This document shows, piece after piece, positions 25,776-31,777 of a stretch of 31,777 nucleotides of DNA. The DNA lies in IMG/VR virus record IMGVR_UViG_3300009174_000004, positions 1 through 31,777 of that record, one strand, 5' to 3'. The stretch comes from a virus. Lineage: Duplodnaviria; Heunggongvirae; Uroviricota; Caudoviricetes. A program made the translations under genes and the position numbers. Below the pieces are notes generated by a model. It made no database searches, was not told the origin of the DNA, and saw nothing but the letters and a program-made list of their open reading frames with translations. Every line of letters begins with the position of its first letter. Within the stretch, counting starts at the first letter, position 1.

Positions 25776-25902
25776 CCACTGGCTCCTCGGCCGGGGCTTC
25801 CACTGGGGTCGACGGAGCCGGAACCGGGGTCTCGACCGGGGCCGGAGTGTCGGTCTTCAGGGGCTCGAACTCGACCATCTTGCGCTCTTCGCCGATGTCC
25901 AT
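25768..25902 (-). CDS. small Pro/Glu-rich peptide (44 aa)
   Basis: MDIGEERKMVEFEPLKTDTPAPVETPVPAPSTPVEAPAEEPVGV; GAGAGG SD; overlaps the next start. Confidence 0.7.
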   Translation of the reverse strand: MDIGEERKMVEFEPLKTDTPAPVETPVPAPSTPVEAPAEEPVGV

Positions 25903-25954
25903 GAGGGTCCTCTCTCCAGGTAACAAAGGTCCACGATGTGGTTCAAGTACCTAG

Positions 25955-25984
25955 ATCATACCCCCATGTCCGGGTAAGGGTCAA
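25955..25984 (-). promoter_or_regulatory. promoter with operator variant
   Basis: TTGACC-18 nt-TATGAT; TACCCCCATGTCCGGGTA at 25959-25976. Confidence 0.75.
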
Positions 25985-26562
25985 GGACTAGGGGCACACC
26001 AGCCGGTGCCAGTGCCGCCCTCGATGGCCTCGATCTCGTCGAGCAGGGTGGTGAAGGTTCGGTCCCGATCCTCGGGGGTGTAGAAGAACCCAGCCCACTC
26101 TCCGTCGGGGTCCTCCGGGTACACGTTCAGGCCAGGACGCGGCTCCGCGAAGAAAGTGTGCGGGTACTCCTTACCGGCAGCCAGAGCAGCGTCAAAGTCG
26201 GCCGTGTTCCACAACGGATTGACCAGAGGCAGGTCCACGTCCGGATTCAGGCCGGCTGGACCTAGCTGCAGCGTGGCGCAGCCGTGGCGCATGCGAAAGT
26301 AGAAGCAGCGACCGTCCTTGAGGTGGCCCCAGTGCTGCTCGGGGCAGGCACCACCACCCCAGGACCGCTCAACCCGAGGGTCCGTGATGGTGCTGGGTGC
26401 CTGGCCCATCCAGTACAAGTCGGCCATGTTCCTCACGGTAGCGAAGAGTAGCTCGGTATCCAGGTCCACGTAGCGAGTTCCGGTGTTGATCCGGACATGG
26501 TCAGGATATGAGCCCGACCTGAGACCCAAACGCTCACTCGCCTCGTCCACAGTGGACAGCAT
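25981..26562 (-). CDS. phage hypothetical protein
   Basis: ACPEQHWG..DGRCFYFRMRHG motif; start uncertain. Confidence 0.7.
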   Translation of the reverse strand: MLSTVDEASERLGLRSGSYPDHVRINTGTRYVDLDTELLFATVRNMADLYWMGQAPSTITDPRVERSWGGGACPEQHWGHLKDGRCFYFRMRHGCATLQLGPAGLNPDVDLPLVNPLWNTADFDAALAAGKEYPHTFFAEPRPGLNVYPEDPDGEWAGFFYTPEDRDRTFTTLLDEIEAIEGGTGTGWCAPSP

Positions 26563-26565
26563 CCG

Positions 26566-26640
26566 AGTCGGAAGGGGGAGTCGAACCCCTAGCTTCCAGG
26601 TTTTGCAGACCTGGCGTTATCCGATAACGAATCTCCCGAC
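26566..26640 (-). tRNA. tRNA-Cys(GCA)
   Basis: Anticodon arm CAGGT-CTGCAAA-ACCTG; U73 discriminator; slightly atypical D and T arms. Confidence 0.8.
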
Positions 26641-26798
26641 ACCGGTTCCTCCGGTACTACGTCGAACTCCGGCAGGTTGACGTTGACCATCAGCTTGCCG
26701 AACTTAGCCTTGGCCCAGAGTTGGCGACGCTCCTCGTCGCTGTCCTCTGGGTCGAGGTCCTCGTACTCGAAGGGTTCGAAATGCATCGAGCCGTACAT
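26589..26798 (-). CDS. small acidic hypothetical protein
   Basis: AGGGA SD; protein-like first ~50 aa, but the frame runs into tRNA-Cys. Confidence 0.4.
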   Translation of the reverse strand: MYGSMHFEPFEYEDLDPEDSDEERRQLWAKAKFGKLMVNVNLPEFDVVPEEPVSGDSLSDNARSAKPGS

Positions 26799-26834
26799 CT
26801 ATCCCTACTTCAGTGACTTAAGATCCAGTTTTTG

Positions 26835-26907
26835 CGCCCACAACTGGATTCGAACCAGCGACCTCTGCCTCCGGAGGGCAGCGCTCTTTCCGCTGAGCTA
26901 TGTGGGC
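26835..26907 (-). tRNA. tRNA-Arg(CCG)
   Basis: Canonical cloverleaf; CTGCC-CTCCGGA-GGCAG. Confidence 0.95.
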
Positions 26908-26974
26908 TTGGGTGGGAATGGAGCCGTGACTGGGGACTCCATTCCCGTTCCCCGCTCCGCTAAGAGGGGGAGAC

Positions 26975-27346
26975 CTACCAGCCGAAGCTGATGGAACTGG
27001 CTCGGTCGTTGAACAGGTCAGGCCAGCCCAGGTCGTAGATGTAGGTGGAGGGTCCCAGGGGTACGTGGGCGCCGGTGCAGCCGTATTCGTCCCAGATCGT
27101 GACCTTGAATGAGCGCCGGTTGTCGATGGAACTGATCTGGTTGTTCCAGGAAGCACCGATGTTCAGGCACGTCCAGATCGGCGTGGTGTAGTAGTACATC
27201 GGGTCGCCGCTCATGACGTTCCAGTATGTGCATAGCTGCCCGCTGCTACAGGCAGTGGCCTGGGCCGGTGCTGCTGTCACCGCGAGCGTACCCACGGTGC
27301 CGAGCACCACGATGCCCAACGCAGCCAGAAGTCCCCTGAATCTCAT
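26975..27346 (-). CDS. secreted peptidase-inhibitor-I36 / beta-gamma-crystallin-like protein
   Basis: Signal peptide ending AQA; CSSGQLCTY, WNNQISSIDN, FNDRASSI repeats. Confidence 0.75.
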   Translation of the reverse strand: MRFRGLLAALGIVVLGTVGTLAVTAAPAQATACSSGQLCTYWNVMSGDPMYYYTTPIWTCLNIGASWNNQISSIDNRRSFKVTIWDEYGCTGAHVPLGPSTYIYDLGWPDLFNDRASSISFGW

Positions 27347-27467
27347 GTGGCCCTCTCCATTGGTGGTGCGCCATTGAGACGTGGAAGCTTCTCGGACCTC
27401 CACAGAATGCCTATGGCCCACCGGGGTGGGGCTTCGACATACCGATTGCTACCGAGCGAAGGTGGCG

Positions 27468-27550
27468 TGCCAGTGGAGGGATTCGAACCCCCAAGTCCCG
27501 AAGGAGACGGATTTACAGTCCGCTGAGCCAACCAATTGCTCAACACTGGC
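27468..27550 (-). tRNA. tRNA-Tyr(GTA)
   Basis: GCGGA-CTGTAAA-TCCGT; long variable arm with TTCG loop; A73. Confidence 0.93.
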
Positions 27551-27554
27551 TTGA

Positions 27555-27902
27555 TCAGGTTCTCAGAACAACGACCATCGTAAGGATGGAAAGAACGGTT
27601 GCCACGGCCGAGAGGACTGCGAAGGCGCGGAACCATGGCGACCAGCTTTGGTTCGAGGAGTTGGTTCTTGTCTCTTCGGCAGTACGCAGGGCCTTGGCGG
27701 TGGCGAGGACGGTCAGGGCCGAGGCTTCAGCTTGATCGACAAGGCGCTGGACGTCTAGCCGCATACCGTGGATTTCGCCCACCAAGTCCCCGATATGTCC
27801 GTTGATGGAGGCGAAGTGAGTGTCGTGGTTGGCCAACCTGGCAGCAATCTCTCCAGCAGTAACGCCTCTATCAAAGGCGTCTTGGGGGGTCTCCTCCGTC
27901 AT
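27555..27902 (-). CDS. coiled-coil protein with C-terminal transmembrane helix
   Basis: 115 aa from ATG 27902; TATGAT 6 nt upstream. Confidence 0.7.
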   Translation of the reverse strand: MTEETPQDAFDRGVTAGEIAARLANHDTHFASINGHIGDLVGEIHGMRLDVQRLVDQAEASALTVLATAKALRTAEETRTNSSNQSWSPWFRAFAVLSAVATVLSILTMVVVLRT

Positions 27903-27947
27903 TCCTTGATCATAAGGATCAAGGAGCTTTAAGACTAGATGCCGTTG

Positions 27948-28048
27948 TGCCGAGGACCGGAATCGAACCAGTATGCAGGCGCCCGCTGCAGCGGGCCCAG
28001 TGCGCCGGGTGTACGGCCCGGTGAGCCTCCGGTGGCTCAAACCTCGGC
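27948..28048 (-). tRNA. atypical tRNA-like RNA (nominal GTA anticodon, 32-nt variable region)
   Basis: Perfect acceptor GCCGAGG/CCTCGGC, 5-bp D stem, anticodon stem CCGGG/CCCGG with non-canonical loop CCGTACA, T arm ACTGG-TTCGATT-CCGGT. Confidence 0.7.
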
Positions 28049-28049
28049 T

Positions 28050-28127
28050 TGGGGTGAGTAACCAGCCTCGAACTGGCAACCTCCGGGACCACAACCCGGC
28101 GCTCTAACCGATTGAGCTATACCCACC
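28050..28127 (-). tRNA. tRNA-His(GTG)
   Basis: G-1, C73, encoded CCA; CCGGG-TTGTGGT-CCCGG. Confidence 0.93.
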
Positions 28128-28137
28128 GCGTTCCATC

Positions 28138-28455
28138 TTACGCCCCGTGCCCCTGCCGCATCTTGGCGATGATCTCTGGATCATCCTTGCGATGCCGTGG
28201 TGCATCAGGATCACCTTCGCCGTGGTTGACACGCCAGACCGACCACTCGGTGGCCATGGTTCGGATGTCGTCCACGTACTCGGGGTCCATGCCGAGGTCC
28301 TGGCACCGGTCGGCGTAGGCCTGCAACGCCTTAGGGGCAGCCGGGTCAGCGGCACCTAGGACGAAGTAGGGCCACTCCGGAACACTGCCGTCCCGGCGTT
28401 GGACCAGGTACTTACCCTCGCGGGTGCCCTCTGTGTTGCGCCAGAGCCTTGCCAT
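28138..28455 (-). CDS. phage hypothetical protein
   Basis: GGGGAGG SD; GKYLVQRRDG, YFVLGAADPAAPKALQAYA motifs. Confidence 0.75.
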   Translation of the reverse strand: MARLWRNTEGTREGKYLVQRRDGSVPEWPYFVLGAADPAAPKALQAYADRCQDLGMDPEYVDDIRTMATEWSVWRVNHGEGDPDAPRHRKDDPEIIAKMRQGHGA

Positions 28456-28704
28456 GGGGGCCTCCCCGTCTAGACGAACGAACTGAACGCGGCAACCTCG
28501 ACCTTCGGTACCTCGACGGCCTCGCACATTAGTCGACGGACCACAGCCTGGGCCTGGTCAGCGGTGATCTGACTCAAGGGAAGTCGCTGTACCTGCTTGA
28601 GTGATGCGAGGACGTTACTCGACGGAACGACAACGACGTCCATGGATGCTCCTCAGTTTGCATGTAGTGTCCAAGTCTAACGCCAAGACGGTGGTGACCC
28701 TGTC

Positions 28705-28794
28705 TGGGGCGCTCACCGGGAATCGAACCCGGACCTTCAGGGCCACAACCTGACGTGCACGGGCCAAGGCCTCTGCCAGTACACCATGAGCACC
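28705..28794 (-). tRNA. tRNA-His(GTG) with enlarged D loop
   Basis: G-1, C73, CCA; TCAGG-TTGTGGC-CCTGA; 22-nt D loop containing GGCC-TT-GGCC. Confidence 0.85.
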
Positions 28795-28795
28795 G

Positions 28796-28868
28796 TGGAC
28801 CCGGATGGACTCGAACCATCGATTTCCTCTGTGTGAAAGAGGGGCCTTAGCCGCTTGGCCACGGGTCC
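28796..28868 (-). tRNA. tRNA-Val(CAC)
   Basis: CCTCT-TTCACAC-AGAGG; A73. Confidence 0.88.
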
Positions 28869-28879
28869 TGATCTTTAGT

Positions 28880-28988
28880 GATAGCGAGGTATCGCGCAAA
28901 CACCATTTACGCGGCTAGGTCTTCTCGTCTGTCGCCAGACGCTTAGGGACTCCGTGGGATTTTCCTACCCTCTCGGGACCTCGCTACC
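28880..28988 (-). ncRNA. structured RNA candidate between tRNA-Ile and tRNA-Val
   Basis: 11-bp closing stem GGTAGCGAGGT/ACCTCGCTATC, GNRA hairpins CCC-GAGA-GGG and CGTCTG-GCGA-CAGACG, 8-bp hairpin CGCGTAAA/TTTGCGCG. Confidence 0.65.
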
Positions 28989-28989
28989 G

Positions 28990-29064
28990 TGCGCCAGGTG
29001 GGAGTTGAACCCAACCACGTTCTGCTTATAAGGCAGACCCCACCGACCGGATGGGCTCTGGCGC
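28990..29064 (-). tRNA. tRNA-Ile(TAT)
   Basis: Perfect acceptor GCGCCAG/CTGGCGC; TCTGC-CTTATAA-GCAGA. Confidence 0.85.
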
Positions 29065-29156
29065 AGGTTCCCTCGTGTCTGTGCGGCGCTACGAGAGTCG
29101 AGCGCCCCTCCCTTATGGCACGGGAGGTTCCCGCCGGTGCACCTGGGCGGGCCAGT

Positions 29157-29504
29157 CTATTGGGCACTGTTCCGGATCATCAGGTTTCCCTCGACCCGGA
29201 GGTTGCCAGTCACCTTATGGCCGGCGAGAATGAGTGCCGAGTACATCTGAATCTGCGCCTGGTGTCCGTTGCGAATCCCTACGAGGCGCCGGTACTGATG
29301 GCTTTCGCGTAGTAGCGAGTCTGCCATGTAGCTGTCAGGCAGAAGGGTTTCGTCAGAACGCTCCATCCGTCCCATCTGCTGATAAACACCCTTCGCGGCT
29401 GCTACACGTTCCATTTCCTCGATCTGCGCCTGCAGGCGCTCGGCCTGGTCGGCGTGCCACGACATCTTCTGATAGTTGGTTTCTTGTCCGATAGCTGTTC
29501 CCAT
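29157..29504 (-). CDS. hypothetical protein
   Basis: 115 aa; GGAGAAG SD. Confidence 0.6.
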   Translation of the reverse strand: MGTAIGQETNYQKMSWHADQAERLQAQIEEMERVAAAKGVYQQMGRMERSDETLLPDSYMADSLLRESHQYRRLVGIRNGHQAQIQMYSALILAGHKVTGNLRVEGNLMIRNSAQ

Positions 29505-29522
29505 TACTTCTTCTCCACCGAG

Positions 29523-29918
29523 TTACTCTAGGAAATCGTTGTTCGTACGCTCAGGGCCACAAGCATCGAACAGTGGCTTGAGCGTCTTGGGCAGTTCCAT
29601 CCGTGGCATGGGCCTGATGCCACGCCGCCTGGCGCAGAACAGGAGTGGTCCCATCCACTCATCAGCGTCAGGATCAGCGACTTGTACATCAGCCACGGCC
29701 TGCTCCAGGTTCTCGACGTTGCCCTGCGTGATCTCCTCCACGTCCGCTGTGGCCCAGAAGAAGATGTCGTTGCAGATCACGAAGAACCTGATGTTCCCGT
29801 CGTCCATTCGCCAGAACAACATGTCGTGACTGTCCAACCTGGAGAATAGATCCAGGACTCGGGTCATGAAGACCTCGTTGTCGGTGACGATGTTATTGAT
29901 GTCAATGGTCCTGGCCAC
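29523..29918 (-). CDS. phage hypothetical protein
   Basis: GGGGAGG SD; CNDIFFWATAD and LFCARRRGIRP...FDACGPER motifs. Confidence 0.75.
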   Translation of the reverse strand: MARTIDINNIVTDNEVFMTRVLDLFSRLDSHDMLFWRMDDGNIRFFVICNDIFFWATADVEEITQGNVENLEQAVADVQVADPDADEWMGPLLFCARRRGIRPMPRMELPKTLKPLFDACGPERTNNDFLE

Positions 29919-29937
29919 GACCCCTCCCCTTTTGGTG

Positions 29938-30011
29938 CTCCCCCGACTGGATTCGAACCAGTAACCGTCGCCTTAACAGGGCGCTGCTCAGGCCAATTGA
30001 GCTACGAGGGA
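29938..30011 (-). tRNA. tRNA-Asn(GTT)
   Basis: Loop CT-GTT-AA; G73; canonical D and T arms. Confidence 0.92.
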
Positions 30012-30232
30012 ATGTGTATGAATCGATCGCTAACGTCGTTGCCATGGTCAGGACAAGACACCTCGGGCTCATCCCAACAGTGCATATGGCACCCGTCGCA
30101 ATCGTACGGGCACCACTCTTCGGCGTGCCTCAGGTACTCCTCTATGGCGGCAGCTACAGGTCCGCGAGGAGTGTCACCCTCCAGTCTTGCAGCCTCGTAG
30201 GCAAGCTCCAGTGCCTTCTTATCGATATGCAA
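30002..30232 (-). CDS. small Cys/His-rich protein
   Basis: AAGGAG SD before TTG; CPYDCDGCHMHC...CPDH; stop codon lies inside tRNA-Asn. Confidence 0.55.
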   Translation of the reverse strand: MHIDKKALELAYEAARLEGDTPRGPVAAAIEEYLRHAEEWCPYDCDGCHMHCWDEPEVSCPDHGNDVSDRFIHIPS

Positions 30233-30314
30233 GGTCCTGCTCCTTGGAGGATTGAACCTGGGCCAGGCCTGCTTTGGATTCTGTGCGGCAGTATCCGCGT
30301 GCCTGACCCAGGAG

Positions 30315-30388
30315 TGCAGTCGACGGGATTCGAACCCGCACCCTCCGATTTGAAGGACCGGCGACCTGACCAGTTGGTCTACGACTGC
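30315..30388 (-). tRNA. tRNA-Glu(TTC) with C33
   Basis: CCGGT-CCTTCAA-ATCGG; perfect acceptor GCAGTCG/CGACTGC. Confidence 0.8.
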
Positions 30389-30389
30389 G

Positions 30390-30464
30390 TGCCCGCACCA
30401 GGATTTGAACCTGGAAACCTTCTCCGTGTCATAGAGATGCTCTACCAAGTTGAGCTACACGGGC
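30390..30464 (-). tRNA. tRNA-Val(GAC)
   Basis: TCTCT-ATGACAC-GGAGA; A73. Confidence 0.9.
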
Positions 30465-30513
30465 ATTGGGTGAGAGTGGGGGCACACCCCGGCTCCCAGG
30501 ATGTGCCCCCTCG

Positions 30514-30588
30514 TAGCGGGGGGAGGATTTGAACCTCCGACTTCTGGGTTATGAGCCCAGCGGGCTGTCCGAACTGCCCTACCCCGCG
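30514..30588 (-). tRNA. initiator tRNA-fMet(CAT)
   Basis: C1:U72 mismatch; three consecutive G-C pairs in the anticodon stem; CT-CAT-AA. Confidence 0.93.
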
Positions 30589-30597
30589 TCGCACTAC

Positions 30598-30930
30598 CTA
30601 GGGTAGCACGGGCTGAGGGTCATGCTCCTCAGCAAACTTGTTGAGGTACGCCAGGATCTCGTCCTTGGTGCGGTTCTCGTCGTCGTTCCAGTCGGCCAGG
30701 TCATGGGAGCCGGTGGGACCGCCTGGGATGACACCAAGCGAGGCCATCCAGTCGATGAACTTTTCCTCTTCCTTGCTCGACGGCATGGCGGCGATACCCC
30801 AGGTCACGAGGTTGAAGGCGCATCGTATACAGACGGCCTTGTCTTCCCCCTCCCAGCCGCCCTGGTGCCAGCCGCGCTGCTCGATGACGGCTGCTGCTCG
30901 TCGGGCAACCTGCCCCGCCTGCTTGCTCAT
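30598..30930 (-). CDS. phage hypothetical protein (DUF6197-like)
   Basis: RGWHQG...VCIRCA...WNDDENRTKDEI; GGAGGAG SD. Confidence 0.7.
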   Translation of the reverse strand: MSKQAGQVARRAAAVIEQRGWHQGGWEGEDKAVCIRCAFNLVTWGIAAMPSSKEEEKFIDWMASLGVIPGGPTGSHDLADWNDDENRTKDEILAYLNKFAEEHDPQPVLP

Positions 30931-30947
30931 AGCTTCTCCTCCAGGGT

Positions 30948-31559
30948 CTAGGCCAGGTTGAATCGGTTGTTGGTCAACTGGACCTGACATACGAACCGGT
31001 TGGGTGGCATTGCGATGTCCTGCATCACCGGTGCGCCCAGGATATGGATCCTGCAGGCGAGCGCCAGGTGGCTTGCTAGATCGAACCGGTCGTTCTTAGC
31101 CAAGTAGGTGGCCGTCAGTTCGATCTTGTACGTGGGAGGTCGACCCTGGAACCGTTCCAGGGTCGGGTCGTAGTCGAAGGACACGAACCCTTGCCAGGGT
31201 GTGCTCGTGGTGAGGGTCACCGTCGCCGGAAGGTTCCGTCTGTTGTCCACGGCCAGGTCAGGATCCGTCACACTCTTGGTGTAGGAGACCTCCACCGGGA
31301 TGCAGTAGTTGGAGTCCAGGTCCTGGCTAAGAGCAACGACGCTGAGCCCGTAGGTCACCCAGTTGTGTCCTGGCGGTGTGTCTGCCGGCTTGTCGAGGTT
31401 CGGGTCGCTGGGAGGCGGCGCATCCGGCTGTGCACATGTTGCTGCACCTTGTGGCTCGTCGCTGGGCACCGGATTCCCCCAGAAATCTACGCCGGGTGAA
31501 CATGCGGACAGGATAAGAATGGACATGGCCAGCGCCATGATCCTGTATAGGTATCTCAC
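30948..31559 (-). CDS. lipoprotein
   Basis: Signal peptide with lipobox LSAC, then a Pro-rich linker and beta-rich domain. Confidence 0.75.
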   Translation of the reverse strand: MRYLYRIMALAMSILILSACSPGVDFWGNPVPSDEPQGAATCAQPDAPPPSDPNLDKPADTPPGHNWVTYGLSVVALSQDLDSNYCIPVEVSYTKSVTDPDLAVDNRRNLPATVTLTTSTPWQGFVSFDYDPTLERFQGRPPTYKIELTATYLAKNDRFDLASHLALACRIHILGAPVMQDIAMPPNRFVCQVQLTNNRFNLA

Positions 31560-31560
31560 G

Positions 31561-31635
31561 TGATCCGGGTGGGATTCGAACCCACGTAACTCTGCTTAAG
31601 AGGCAGGCCCATAACCAGGCTTTGGGTACCGGACC
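31561..31635 (-). tRNA. tRNA-Lys(CTT)
   Basis: CTGC-CTCTTAA-GCAG; GGTTCGAATCC; A73. Confidence 0.88.
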
Positions 31636-31647
31636 GTACTTGTTGCG

Positions 31648-31721
31648 TGGATCCCCGGGGACTCGAACCCCGACACCTCAGCTTAAAGGGCTGCTGCTCT
31701 GAACCATTGAGCTAGGGATCC
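31648..31721 (-). tRNA. tRNA-Lys(TTT) with C33
   Basis: GCAGC-CCTTTAA-GCTGA; perfect acceptor GGATCCC/GGGATCC. Confidence 0.85.
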
Positions 31722-31722
31722 G

Positions 31723-31777
31723 CCTCCCAGGCACGACTCGAACGTGCAACCTTCCGATTAGAAGTCAGATGCTCTGT
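31723..31777 (-). tRNA. tRNA-Arg(TCT), 5' part beyond the window
   Basis: TCTGA-CTTCTAA-TCGGA; T arm GCACG-TTCGAGT-CGTGC. Confidence 0.85.

Noticed and set aside
29065-29156. Three short GC-rich hairpins upstream of tRNA-Ile
   Set aside because: No closing stem or characteristic loops; compatible with chance at this GC content.
30315-30388. Reading this tRNA as a UCA opal suppressor
   Set aside because: The 5-bp stem CCGGT/ATCGG fixes a 7-nt loop with TTC at 34-36; a TCA register breaks the stem.
1-31777. Genome-wide UGA-to-Trp recoding
   Set aside because: Many genes end in TGA with ATGA coupling, and Trp is encoded by TGG throughout.

Overview
Segment of a high-GC, tailed actinobacteriophage genome (host assignment inferred from GC content, leaderless TANNNT promoters and gene families). 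No integrase, portal or capsid gene is visible. Recognisable genes: T4 PseT-like polynucleotide kinase/phosphatase, ThyX, a GGQ release-factor-like protein, a RibA-like GTP cyclohydrolase II, a primase/SF3 helicase, an SSB-like protein, a Cas4-like exonuclease, two ParB-like proteins, a LAGLIDADG-like protein, terminase large subunit, a membrane/holin-like cluster, a metallophosphoesterase and 16 tRNA or tRNA-like genes (one cut by the window end). The most striking non-coding element is a ~950-bp array (4623-5573) of about 170 GGY-NN pentamers punctuated by 21 GGCA tetramers. It matches my recollection of VIPR-type gapped-code guide RNA arrays, but no RAMP/Cas7-like effector is visible in this window. 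Other highlights: a circularly permuted tRNA-like (Y RNA/YrlA-like) module downstream of a conserved gene, an in-frame UGA in the release-factor-like gene, an 18-bp palindrome sitting inside six promoters, two further structured ncRNA candidates and several atypical tRNAs. All calls come from reading the sequence by eye; no searches were run.
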